NCBI RefSeq assembly: GCF_006345805.1
Contig: NC_043000.1
Location: 53,010,001 to 53,074,000 of the forward strand
Source of the DNA: Octopus sinensis
Lineage: Eukaryota
Direction: 5' to 3'
Length of the DNA: 64,000 nucleotides
The stretch's first letter is position 1; each line of letters starts with the position of its first letter. Made by a program: the position numbers and the translations under genes. Below the pieces are notes generated by a model. It made no database searches and was not told the DNA's origin. It worked only from the letters and a program-made list of their open reading frames with translations. Shown piece after piece: positions 40,060 through 53,296 of this stretch.

Positions 40060-40933
40060 AACATTGTAACTTTACTAAAGGACGGTACTCCGTGAGCATC
40101 TGAATTCTGGAGGGGAAGAGAGAGCTTTGAAGTTGACGCAAGGTCCGCATATCCTGCCCCTTCCACCATCGAGGTAAACATTGAATGTGTTCACCACGCG
40201 GTGGTGAATGACAGGAACCTGACTGTAAATCAAATAGCCATTGTAATTAGCATGTTACGTGAGAGAGTTGAGAATATCCTCTTGGAAGTTTCAAAATCCA
40301 CGAAGATTTTTCATCAGTTTGAGTCAGACACAGAGAGAAAATCCATGCTGTTGAAACATCCCTCCTCCCTTTCTCTAAAGAAGGCCGAGGATGTTTCATT
40401 TGCAAGGAAGGTGATGGGCTCGGTATTTTGTGATGCAAAAGACAAATTGTTTATTGACTATCCTCAAAAATGCCACAGTTTCAATGGAGAGCATTATTTC
40501 AACTTACTGTGACCGGAATGAGTTTCATAACCAAATGCGCAGGAAAACTGAGGAAAGAGATCTTGTTTCATCAGGATGATACCCCAGCACAAAAGTCCTT
40601 TGTTTCAAAAGCAGCTGTGATTGACTATGGCTTTGAACAAGCTGAATTCATCCCAATCCTCCTGGTTTGGTGGCCTCTGATTATTATCTGTTCTCCAAAC
40701 GGAAGAAACACTTGACTGGGAACAAATTTCGAATTGACAATGACGACATATCTGCAACTGAAGATTGTTATGACCAACAGGAGGAAAGCTTCTTCAACAA
40801 TGGCCTTCAAGCACTGCCACACTATGGAAAATGACTGTGAACTGCAAGGAGGAAATTGTTAAAAATAAACGTCATCTGGTCAGATTCAATTCGATTATCC
40901 TGGTCAGTCAATGAACGTTTACACCTACGCTCG
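40060..40933 (+). mobile_element. Decayed mariner, same family as 34400-35446
   Basis: GRESFEVDARS...VHHAVVNDRNLTVNQIA, KVMGSVFCDAK..LFIDY, LFHQDDTPA; degenerate right TIR ending ...CTCG. Confidence 0.82.
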
Positions 40934-40964
40934 TGTATACATTTATACTTACATACATACATAA

Positions 40965-40997
<33 letters not shown>

Positions 40998-41594
40998 GGT
41001 GTGTGTGTGTGCGTGTGTGTGTGTGTATGTGTGTGTGCGTGTGTGTGTGTGTGCGCGTGATTATGTGTATGATTTAACAAGTTTTTGTCCTTTAATGTTC
41101 CAGGCCATTTCTAATTTAATAATTGTCTTGAAGTCGTGTTTTAGGACATCATACCCCACTCGTGTTGTTGATTACCCGTATGCTAGATGTATACGAATAT
41201 TAATGGTTTGGTCTTTCTGGGATAGTTTTTTCCAGTAAATGTTTGAATGTTATGCGGTTTTATTTTTCTTTGAATTTCTTGTTAAATAATGTAGTAACAT
41301 TTGTGTTGCAATTTTGTGTTCTGAGCTCGATATCTATTGGCGGCCGAGGCCCGTGTACCAGTCATATTATGATGGGTGTTGGTGGTATATTCTTTATATT
41401 ATAATAGTTATATCCACTCAAATAAGCACTGGAAAGAATAATTTTAAACTTTTAAAGTGATCTCAATCATGAAGCCTCGTCATGGCCTGCAATAATACTA
41501 AAAATGCATTGTCTCGTGTAAGGAAACTGCAGCGTGTAGTACTATTCAAGGTGGGACTGACAAACATAGAGGAAGGAAAGATGATGATATTCTT

Positions 41595-41797
41595 TATTCT
41601 TTACTCGTTTCTGTCATTTGACTTCGGCCATGCTGGATCACCGCCTTTAGTCAAGCATATCGTCCCCAGGACTTATTCTTTATAAGCCTAGTACTTATTC
41701 TATCGGTCTCGTTAGTCGAACCGATAAGTTACGGGGACGTAAACATACCAGCATCGGTTGTCAAGTGATGTTGGTGGGGACAAACACAGACACAAAC

Positions 41798-41854
<57 letters not shown>

Positions 41855-42012
41855 TACGACGGGATTCTTTCCGTTTCCGTCCACCAAATCCACTCACAAG
41901 GCTTTGGTCGGCCCGAGGATATAGAAGAAGACACTTGCTCAAGGTGCCACGCAGTGGGACTGAACCCAGAAACATTTGGTTGGTAAGCAAACTACTTACC
42001 ACATAACCACTC
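41595..42012 (-). mobile_element. tRNA-derived SINE family 2 (OR1/OR2 CORE-SINE-like) with internal (TA)n; uninterrupted copy
   Basis: Minus strand begins GAGTGGTTATGTGGTAAGTAGTTTGC...GGGTTCAGTCCCA (A/B boxes), then CCTTGAGCAAGTGTCTTC...; homologous to the split copy at 52925-57489. Confidence 0.88.
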
Positions 42013-42252
42013 TTCAAACTAGGAACTTTATAGGAACCATGAGGATATTTTGTGCACCATATCTATTTTATTATTGCACTGTAGTTTTTCTTTTACTATG
42101 TTGTCTGCAGTGGCAGTTATGTTTCTAGAAACTTTAGAGAGGATCTGGCTGTTTAGGTAACAGTCTTTACTAAAATTGATGAGCTCAAATATTTCTTTTC
42201 CACCTCTTATTCTTATTTGGCCATTAAATCACAGCATATAGATAATATAAGT

Positions 42253-42572
42253 GAGGGCGCGTGGCTTAGTGGTTAGGGCATTCGGCTCATGATCGTAAGG
42301 TTGTGAGTTCGATTCCCGGCGACGCGTTGTGTCCTCGAGCAAGACACTTTATTTCACGTTGCTCCAGTCCACTCAGCTGGCAAAAATGAGTTGTACTTGT
42401 ATTTCAAAGGGTCAGCCTTGTCACTCTCTGTGTCACGCTGATTATCCCCGAGAACTACGTTAAGGGTACACGTGTCTGTGGAATGCTCAGCCATTTGCAC
42501 GTTAATTTCACGAGCAAGCTGTTCCGTTGATCGTATCAGCTGGGACCCTCGTCGTCGTAACCGGCGGAGTCT
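42253..42572 (+). mobile_element. tRNA-derived SINE family 3
   Basis: GGCGCGTGGCTTAGTGGTTAGGGC (A box)...GAGTTCGATTCCC (B box), followed by TTGTGTCCTCGAGCAAGACACTT (V/Meta-like central motif) and a long body. Confidence 0.85.
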
Positions 42573-42916
42573 TTTATAGATAATATAGAACCTCATGTCC
42601 GTGATCGTATCTATCCACAATTTAAATATTAAAAAGGAGATACAACCGAACGAATAAACACAACTATGCATATGGCAAGATAAATGTCATATATTGAAAA
42701 CCATACGCACATACTTCGACAATTTAAAAGAACATGGAATTTACAGTCAATATATATCTGATTATTGTATTCTTTGACATGAAACTCAGGGACATACCCA
42801 AATGTTTAATATAACATAAACACCCACCCATCTATAGACTCACAAATATATATACATTTAACAATTTTGTATGCATACATGTATATGTATATGTATATGT
42901 ATATATATATATATAT

Positions 42917-42948
<32 letters not shown>

Positions 42949-43276
42949 AAAGGGGCAGGCAACAGGTTGCTTGGCCGCATACTGAAGAAATTAGAAATAA
43001 CAGTCATAGACTGTTTATTTCTATTTTCTATTTATTTATATACAGTATATATATATACTGAACTTTATAGAAGTTCCTACAGTTAATGGTTATATTTACA
43101 TGCCGAAATCTACCTGTAAATATTGTTGGGTTTTTTAAAAACCACTAAAGAAATAATTTACTCTTATTATTATATTATTATATTACAGGTGGTCCTATTA
43201 AGTTAGTCATGGCCTGGGCCAATAATGGCCGAAACCTATCAAAGTATCAAAGTATATATATATATATTATATATAT

Positions 43277-43320
<44 letters not shown>

Positions 43321-43865
43321 CATGTATGTATGTATATCTGTAATATAATATGTGACAATTATTCGGTTGCCAGTTTCGGATGTCGGGGCGGAAACCTCTG
43401 GTATCTCGTCAGTTATAGATATATATATCTTATTTTGGATTTGTATTATTATTTAATGATCATTAATTGGACTTTAAGGTTTGATTACTTTCTGTACGTT
43501 TCTGTATATTTACCTGTATGGGTTTAACTGCAGTGGGATATATGCCTTAATCAATTACTTAATTGAACCAAACTTACTTTAAAATGAACGTATATAATAG
43601 AGTACATATTTATATTTATATATATACTGGGTGGGGAATGGGTGTGACTATGAGTATGGTTAACAGCAAGCCTTTATGCATATTTTCTGACCATTACATA
43701 TATCAGTACTAGTATATTTTTCCTGAATTGGGAATATAAGAATTGATAAATTTAGTTCTATACATAGACCTGGCGATGCGAAACGGATTGTAGAAATGCA
43801 CAAATACATAGGTCTTTTAGTAATATACATATATTTGAATGTGTACGGGACATATATGACCCTGT

Positions 43866-44220
43866 AGTAATAAAGCTTTGTAGATATAACTAGTTAAGCT
43901 GGTTAATTTCCGAGCGATTGTGTGTGTAAGTAGGTATTTAAAATGCTTTTTATATACGTATATATTATTGTCTCTGTCTGAGTGTGTGTTTATATATATG
44001 TGTGTGTAAGTGCGTCGGTTCCTGTTGGTTGAAGTCTATAATAGTAAAGCTTTATAAGTATAAATAGATATGCTGGATTCATTTGTGAGACATTTTGTGA
44101 GCCTATTCTTATCTGGAATGAATTTTATATACGTATATATTATAGCCATTCTGTCTGGGTGGTGTCGGTCTGCATATGTGTCTGTGTATGTGTACCTGTT
44201 TCTGTTGGTTTACGTCTATA
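43866..44220. repeat. Degenerate tandem duplication, period ~175-180 bp
   Basis: Anchors TAAAGCTTT...GCTGG, TTTTATATACGTATATATTAT and CTGTTGGTT..GTCTATA each occur twice, in register. Confidence 0.6.
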
Positions 44221-44289
44221 CGTGTGTCAAATGAAGTCTTGTGAAAATGTATATATATATATGTATATTTTGCGTGAGTATGAGAATAA

Positions 44290-44620
44290 AAAGTAATTTC
44301 GTGATCATCGATGAAAGCTTAGGAGAGCTAGATAAGAGATTTTCAGAGCAAAACGACAGAATTTATTCGTTCTTGCCAAGACTTCGACCAATGACGAGGC
44401 ATTTTGGTGCTTTAAAACCTTTGTGCAATTTAGTTAATTGCGATAAATCAACCTTGGTCTCTTAAATTCCTGTGGCTAAAACATACATTTCCTAACAAAA
44501 TATGATGACACTGCTGGATACTTATGGATCTTTACTTATCGTAAAAGATGCCTTTCCAAATGTTTATCTAATGTATGGTGCAGAATTAACATTTGGATCT
44601 AGCATTGCCACATGTGAGTT
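44290..44620 (+). mobile_element. hAT transposase C-terminal (dimerisation domain) relic
   Basis: IIDESLGELDKRFSEQN ... KDAFPNVYLMY.AELTFGSSIATCE matches the hAT 'FP....L.......SA.CER' pattern; in-frame stops present. Confidence 0.65.
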
Positions 44621-46281
44621 ATGCAGCATAATGTAAACCTTGTTAAATGCTCGAGACAGTGAAATGATTATAAATGATTAGAGTTTATTTAAAGTAATCT
44701 TTAGTCATTAGATAATTTCAAATGGTGTAGATAAAATATATTAATTGATAGCTCTGAAGAAGCCGTTTTACTTCATAGATTATTGGGGATATTTTCTTTC
44801 TAAAATATGCAGAAACTTATGTTGGATATTATTTATTATTGTCTATATATTATAGATGTCTGAATAAATAAATAATTTCCGTAACATTTTCCATTTCTAC
44901 ATTGATCATATATATATATATTTATATGTACTACATGTTTGTTTATGTATATGTATGCATATGTACACATGTGTACAAGTACTTATATTTATCTATATAC
45001 GTGTGTGTGTCTGTGTGTGTCTCTGTGTGTGTGTGTGTGTATGTGTGTGTGTTAGCGTGTGCATGAGTGCATGTATGAATCCATGCAAGTGTGTATACAC
45101 CTCTACATAGATCTCAATGTTTTTTCAGGAGTTATTCGTGCATGAAATAATACAGATCACTCACAAAGTTTGACTGACAGTTGTAAGCAAGTAGCCAATC
45201 AGTGGCAGGCATAAAATATGTTCCATGTAGTGGTTCTCACAAGCTGGTTTGTACGCATACTATAGCACACAAAATGTTTTTGTTATAGTACTGTTATTAT
45301 GCTTCAAATTATCTCTGAATGGAACTATATGATATTCTTCTCGAAGTTATTTTATTAAACATGTATTCATGTATATCATTAGTATGCGAGCTTTGGTGAA
45401 AATTACCTGCTAATTACAGAACAGAAGCAACTATATAAATACTTACATGTTGATTAAAATCTAAATAAGTTTATTTCTTTATATACATTCGGCACTGATG
45501 ATATAGAATGTAGTATTCTTTGCAGCTTACGTGCTTGCTAAATGACTACTGTACACATCCTATAGTGATATAAATTCTACATTATTCAGTTTTACAAAAT
45601 GTACCTTGTTACTTTGTATTTAACAGACAAATCGATATTATTTTATTGATTCGAGTACATTTCTAGTTTTCGTTATTTCTACAATAATTTTCGCGTATAC
45701 AATTACTCTAAATATAATTTCTTCGTCTAAATTTCAAATTTTTAATTCTCGCGAATAGTGGCAACATAATAAAATTTGGAAACACATATTAATAAAGTTT
45801 TACAGAAATAACATGAAAGAAGCCGTTATGAAATGCAAACTATTTACTGTGATATTAAACAAAATGAAGATTTTGAAAGTATGGATTTAGTTTCCAGGCT
45901 ATTATTTTTATGTTTCTCTTTTACAGCGAAATAAATAATGATTATTAGCGGATGAACTGAAAACACTTAATATGAAGTCGAATACACAGTTTATCTATTT
46001 TAGGTGCTCAAATTTATTGCATGAAATAAATACCAAAATGATTGATCTTCTAAGTCTTTAATGCAAACCGTTTAATCTTACGTTATTATGCTACCGGTAT
46101 CAATCAATTAACGATGTAAATATCACACTCTTTGAAGATTCGGAGAAAATAAAATGTTTATTAATGTATGTGCATACTTGGTTACCCAAGACTTGCAAAC
46201 AATGACTGGATGAGATAATTTAGTCTTGAAATATTTACGTTTAAGTAACTGGGGATAAGAACGGATTTGCTAGTTTGAAAA

Positions 46282-46365
<84 letters not shown>

Positions 46366-46749
46366 ATGTGACCATGCAAGTAGATTTGTCCCAGTGAATT
46401 ATCAGACCAGCTGTCAAATAAAACACTGCTCGAATTAATATCAAGGTTATAATTTAGATCTTAATATATGCATTCAATGATTAAAGTTATATGAGCATTA
46501 CAGATATCGACCTTGATTTATAATATTTATAGTTTAATATTTTATGACATAAACGGAGACGCAAAGTTTATGAGTTCACATTAATACGTTGAATCTGCAA
46601 TATTCATTTGTTAATTTTGAATTAATATAGAGCATGACGTAAGTATAAAATATATATTTCGGGCATGAAGTTACACCACAATAATAGCGCTGCCCCGGAA
46701 TTTAACAACTCAAGGCAACGTATGTCATATCTATATCTATATCTATATC

Positions 46750-46793
<44 letters not shown>

Positions 46794-48269
46794 ATATATA
46801 TGTATGGCGGACTGGACTGGGTCTAAAAGTAGTGGTGGCCAGGAGACTAAGGGGGCCCAGCTGTAACTACAATGCTATCATTTATAACGATGAGAGAAGC
46901 CTTTTCGTTATAAAAAAATAATAAAATTGTAAATATTTTCGAACGAAAAGATGTGTGATTTAAGTGAGATTTAGCTTTTGTTTCTAGCACATTCCACGAC
47001 TACTTTCCTGGTTTCTTTGTCCCTGTCATATGTATTGATGTCTTCAATACCTTTCTTCCCGTTAGCACATTTTATGGAATGGTGATGTGGAAGTAACAAA
47101 TACGTGGTACGTTACTGGGATGTAAGCAACGAGAAAAATTGCAATCCCCACCCCATCAACCAAGCATGGTTCTGTGTTTGCTTGGGTGTGTGTGTATGTG
47201 TGTGCAAGAAAGCACATATTTACTGACAGAAAGCATGCTATTAAAATAAATCATCTTTTAGATACCTTTTTTAAAGCCTTGTGGACAAATTCCAGCGCTG
47301 ATCTTCTCAGGTCTCCAATATTTCAAAATTATAAACAGAGACAATGGTGTGAAAACATCAGAAGTTTCCAGGTTTTTTTATTTAATAACAATAATCTGCT
47401 TACAAGAAGAAAATATTGAGACACATCATTACATGTGACAGTGACAAAGGCAGTCATAGGATGTGCTAGAAACTACAGCTAAATCTCCTTCAAATCAGAC
47501 ACCTTTTCTTATGAAAATAATTAATTAATTTTTTTACGGAAAAAGGCTTCTCACATTATTTTTAAGTTCGTATTACAAAAACAAAAATGGTCCATATCGG
47601 TCCGGATGTGGTTCAGGGGAGGAAGAGACGGAGGTGAGAAAACTTACGCTGTGATTAAAAAGAAATTCATTAAATCACCGTCACAGCGGAGAAAATCCAA
47701 CATCTGCGTGTTTTGATACGAAACTCCGCCATTATTTAAATTATTCGTTACTCATATTGCCCAAATTAAGTTATCTATTGAGAATAGAAACTTACCAAAT
47801 TAAACATTAGCGTGGGAAGAAAATTGACATGAAATCCAACAGAGAAATATGTACTAATTGCTATGCACCAAATAGTATCCAGATATTCTCTTAGCAACCT
47901 CAATTACAATCGGGTCGAAGTTGAAGAAAATTTTCTTGAAAGAAAAGTGCCTGTCACCTGATTGTGATTCAAAAATCTCTCTCAACTTCAAAAAACAACT
48001 ATGCTGACCAATTTTTACTCCCGAAGATGATGCAACAGAACAAGTGATGCAATACTTACAATGTAATAGTTTCAAACAGGTAGAGAGAAAATTCCATTAT
48101 TCAAGCAGTATGGTATACATATAAGATAATTTTTTTATGCAGAATGGTATACATATAAGTAATGGAACTGCAGAAACAGTATCCCTCCATATCTCTGTTT
48201 TGTGTTTTCTGTTTGTGTTTTCATGTTTGGATTAACTTTATACACACACACGCACACACACACACATAT

Positions 48270-48530
48270 ATACATATCACCATGACCGTGACCGACCAGG
48301 CTATCAGATGTTGTTACATATCGCTGGTCTCAATGCGCTTCGCATTGTTTTAGCCTTCAAATGACGACACCCCGCTGGCTTATCGAGCAGGCCAACAGTA
48401 GAAAGAATGAGAGAAAGTTGTGGCGAAAGAGTACAGCAGGGATCGTCTCCCCCCCCCCTGCCGGAGTCTCGTGGAGATTTAGGTGTTTTCGCTCAATAAA
48501 CACTCACAACGCCCGGTCTGGGAATATATA
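48270..48530 (-). mobile_element. Fragment of a further SINE-like repeat
   Basis: GC-richer complex segment ending ...GCTCAATAAACACTCACAACGCCCGGTCTGGGAAT; recognised by resemblance only. Confidence 0.4.
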
Positions 48531-49159
48531 TATATATACACATATACCCTCACAGTTATCATCTTTCGTCTTCCTTTTCATGCAAAAAGTCTCTTTCTCT
48601 CACTTCTATCCTGTTTAGGCTACACACCAAATACCAAATGTATGTAAATACTTGTCTCGTCTAGTATTTAAACTTTGTTGACAGCCTACGTTGACGATGT
48701 TTACTGAGGGTTTGTTTTTGTTTTTCTTCCGCAGCAAAAAGTTATAACTTAGGCATGTCGTTGTTTGCTATTAATGTTTACATTATTTTTCGAGGATTAA
48801 TTGATTTACCGATAAAATTTAATCGATTTCGAAATGCAATATCCATTGTACCAATCTATTTGTTATTCTTATTAAATTATTGTCCAACTGAATCTCACTT
48901 CACCATTTAAAACTGTCCCCTGAATATCTGCTTCTGTTTGGTCATAGGTTACATGAATCTCGGGATAACGATCCGTATTCTAGTCCTCTGCAATAGCTTT
49001 CTATTTTTTAATCTAAGACTGGTATTCAACTATCTTCTCTACCTAGTTTTGCACTAAATGTATCCACTGAAGTAAAAGTCGATCACATATAATATCTCTA
49101 CCGTTATTTTAGGTCAAGTCATCTGGAATTTTTCATGCAACTTTTACTATATTTGATCC

Positions 49160-49482
49160 CGATTTTCGGTCATGACTGACAAAAGTATTGCACATAGGAA
49201 GTTGCCCTTCCAGACACAAGTCCGGGCAAGGTTGTTTATGGAAGACCAGTAGTCGCCCATGCATACCCCCTCTCTCCACGCCACCAGTGTTATCCAAGGG
49301 AAAGGCAAAAAGCCGATACAGCTTAGCACCTGTAACGTCGCAACTCATTTCAACAGCGGAGGGAACTGAAGAAACGTGAAATGAAGTATTTTGCTCAATA
49401 ACACAACACGCAGCCCAGTCTAGGATTCGAACTCACCACCTCACAATCATAAGCTCGACGCTCTGAGCCATGCGCCTTCACA
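49160..49482 (-). mobile_element. tRNA-derived SINE sharing its head with family 3 but with a different body
   Basis: Minus strand: GAAGGCGCATGGCTCAG...GAGTTCGAATCC...GTTGTGTTATTGAGCAAAATACTT...AAATGAGTTG, then diverges from 42253-42572. Confidence 0.75.
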
Positions 49483-51346
49483 GATAACGGAAAACATATG
49501 TAAATCAATATCTTTTCGCCTATGCAAACCTCATGTTGTGGAAATGAAAATTGTCCATGTTCGACTATTTTCCTTTTTAATGTAGAATTGAGATAGGGGC
49601 TACACAACATCTTATAATTTCTTTAAGGAACATGCAAAGTTTTGTCGAAAAGCTTCTTTTTGCAACTTAGCTTACCTTAGTTTGTATAATACTTCGGAGG
49701 TACGGTTTTATGTTGGAATTTGTAATAGTTTGTCACGTGCAGCTGCTGTAAAATTAAATATGATTGAATTTGTCGAAGAGACAAATTCGTCTACTGCAGC
49801 AAGAGGAATCTGTGTTTCAGAAAAACTGGTGAAAAACTGGAATTAGCTATCAAACAAAATTCAAAGAATTCTAAGTAGTAAACATTTTAACTGGAGACTA
49901 AATTGTAAATTAGTGATGTTTTAGAGTTCAGCCCTCCCAACGTATGCTCATTAAAAAGTAAACAAATGTGGAATATTGGATTATAAAACAAGTGCTGGAT
50001 GTTATTTTCATTATTTACAATTGACGGATATTTGTTCTCATCTTGATATTAATACAAGGTTCGGCTGATATACCCTCCAGTCTTCATCAGGTGTCTTGGG
50101 GGAAATTTCGAACCTGGGTTCTCATTCCTAAGTTATTTTTCGATGGTACACTAAATTCATAAGATTTTACATTTCGACATAGAAATTACATCACATGAAG
50201 TCTGTGGTAAAATACAACATATTTACCAGAATGTTTATCAGAGGTCTTCATAAAGGAGGCTACAATTTATAATAGAGTTGGGACACAGAAGAAATTCTTA
50301 TTTCAGTTGACATACCAGAGAATCGAATTGTAATGCAAAAAGGAGTTTTAAAAAATTCTCACTGGAGAGAATCAATGGTGAGAAGGTAAGTAGGATTGGT
50401 TAAAGTTTGTGTAGGTGAGAGTATTAAGTTAAAAGGTATGTGTTTATTTAGATAAAACCTCTGCCAAATAAGAAATTTCAAAACGGAATTGTAATCTATG
50501 AGCTTCCCAAATACTGGATGGATGAAGGTAGATGAAAATAGATATAAGTAGTTGAACGACGTGCTTGACAGGAAAACAATTTTTTCCTTTAGGACCAATT
50601 TTTGTATGCGTAACTAAAGCATACTCCTTCATTATTTCTGCCGTCCTTATTTTCTCTTTGTATTAATTTATACAATTTTAAGCAGTAGAAAATTTAATAA
50701 CAGTAAAATTACAACAAAGAAGTTCAGCCCATATGAAGAAGAAAAACAATTCCAGTGGAGAAGATTTTTGTTTGCGTGTTTCAAGGTCTTTTATGAGACT
50801 TTCAGCTTGAATGAATATATTAGAAATAAAATTTCGCACAGATAATTTCATGCGTGATGAATATGCTTATTTTAAACGTGAATATGAGTATAATATTGTA
50901 AAAAATTCGTGATGCAAAGCACGTTTACCAGTTGGGTTTAAAAGCCCATTTAGGTCTGTAAGTATCAGTCATGTGCATATTATTATGGAAATTAGTGGCA
51001 ATATAAATTGATTTCAGTAAACTAGTTATTTGATCTTGATGAAGACTAGTAAAGGGTCAATCGCAAATATTCAACGTGATGTTGTGTTTGTTTTCATTTA
51101 ATATAACGTGTCTCGATGCGTAAAATTTATATTGTGACTGCAATCAATTGATTTTTTTCTGTTAGAAACCATTTACAATTTTGTCGCTGCGAATTTGGAT
51201 TCTTGTGTGAATATCAATTCTTAATAGTACTCACGGCCTCGTAAATATGACCTAAAGAAATTTTCAAAATTCAGCTTTTTCCACACGTATACTTTCGACT
51301 AAGTTTCTCTGAAATATATATGCACTTTTGCAAACACAGACATACA

Positions 51347-51391
<45 letters not shown>

Positions 51392-52328
51392 TTACTTATG
51401 AGGTTTCCAAACGATTTTTATTTGTGTCCTTGTGTAGCCTGATTCTGAGGCATTGGTTTTATCCGGGGGATTGCTTGCTGTGAATGCTTCTTTATCTCCC
51501 AGGAACGCCCCAAGGAAGTTCTATTATTCTCATTTTGGAATAATCTGCTATGTACATATATATGTTTATGATTTCAGATAAACGTAGATATTGTGGTCTA
51601 AGTAAATGGTGGCCTTTGTGTTTCGCAGAATCTGAATGGAAGACTGCATTTTCTCATTTATTCTTTCAAGGCAGTGTTCTGTATTCATCATGGCCACACA
51701 TGTGAATGACTGTATGGATACTTTATAGATATATTTAAAATTAGTGAATGAAATTGTATCTATCGTGGGTGTTCTGTATAATATTCTTTTGGTGATCATG
51801 TACCAACTTAACTTGTCTTAAAATATTGACATAAATCTTATAAAATAGGCTAGAAATAATAAGAAAGTAAGATGCTTGTGATACAACGTCGACAATCTTC
51901 TAGAGAAAACGTTTATTGTGACTACCCCACTAAATATAAACAAGTTCATAAGCGCCAGTTAGCGCTTAACGATTCAATATTTCAGACAAAAGTTTTCATA
52001 GGATCATATGTAGCAATCGGATCTACATTGTAATGAAGAAATGAACACTAAAATAAAATGCAAAACAATGGAAGTAGTACACCACTGGTGATTCAGGGGC
52101 GGGAGGCTTGTGCAAAAAAAAACTCTATCAATCAAAAGTTTTAAAGAAGAAACCGCTTGTATCATACATACCATAAAAGAGGGAAGCTAGCAAAAGTATA
52201 AGCGACTAATGTCGGTTAATTATCCAGAACAAAAACGAGTACTACAGCAGCACCACAAGTCCACGGAGAAAAATAACTCTTACTGCAATGTAAATGTAAA
52301 TGTATATATTTCCGCGTGTGTGTGAGTG

Positions 52329-52433
<105 letters not shown>

Positions 52434-52596
52434 AGAGTTTACGAAGAAAACAAAAGACGAAGACAGGTGCTGTACAAAGCAAACAGTATAACGCTCCGGA
52501 ATAGCAAACGTCTTTCACGTTTCGAGCCTACGTTCTTCTACAGAAAGGTACTCAGAAAAAACAAGGAGAGGAAAAAAATGTGTGTAGTGGCTAACG

Positions 52597-52661
<65 letters not shown>

Positions 52662-52924
52662 GTATATATATATGTATGTATAAAGTTATATTTTTCCTAT
52701 GAAATATATAGATTACTTAGAAGTGCTCAAGTCGAACCTGAAACGTTGACAGGTGAAATAAAAATATTTAAAAGTATAAAGTTAAAATTAGGAACACCAA
52801 TATCAACACTTATTTGTGCGGATTTGATGAAGATAAAATTCGTTACAAATTTAAAATATATCGATATACTGAACATAGAATAATATAGGAATATTAAAAA
52901 AATATATGGATCCTTTTATTCCGT

Positions 52925-53296
52925 TATTCTTTTACTTGTTCCAGTCATTTGACAGTGGCCATGCTGGAGTGCCGCCTTCAGTCGAGCAAATGGACCCCAC
53001 GACTTATTCTTTGTAAGCCTAGTACTTATTCTAACAATCTGTTTTGCCGAACCGCTAAGTTACGGGGACGTAAACACACCAGTATAGGTTGTCAAGCGAT
53101 GGTCGGGAGCAAATACGGACACACAAATGCATACACACACGCACGCATAATTATATGATGGGATTTTTTCAGTTTCCATCTGCCACATCCTGTCACAAGG
53201 GTTCTGTCGGTCCGAGTCTATAGTAGAAGACACTCGCCCAAAGTGACAGGTAGTGGGACTGAACCCAGAAACATGTGGTTTGTTAGCAAGCTACTT
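52925..53296 (-). mobile_element. SINE family 2, body and 3' part (split by the insertions)
   Basis: Collinear with 41595-41997; stops abruptly at ...GTTAGCAAGCTACTT. Confidence 0.88.

Noticed and set aside
42253-42325. tRNA-like sequence with A and B boxes
   Set aside because: There is no proper acceptor stem or terminator, and it continues directly into a SINE body, so it is a SINE head rather than a tRNA gene.
47854-48075. 73-aa minus-strand ORF with nearby splice-like sites
   Set aside because: No consistent acceptor/donor pair gives an open exon, and no domain was recognised.
48105-48160. 16-bp direct repeat ATGGTATACATATAAG; similar small duplications at ~38060 and ~21207/21525
   Set aside because: Only two copies of AT-rich sequence, consistent with ordinary slippage; not a CRISPR-like array.
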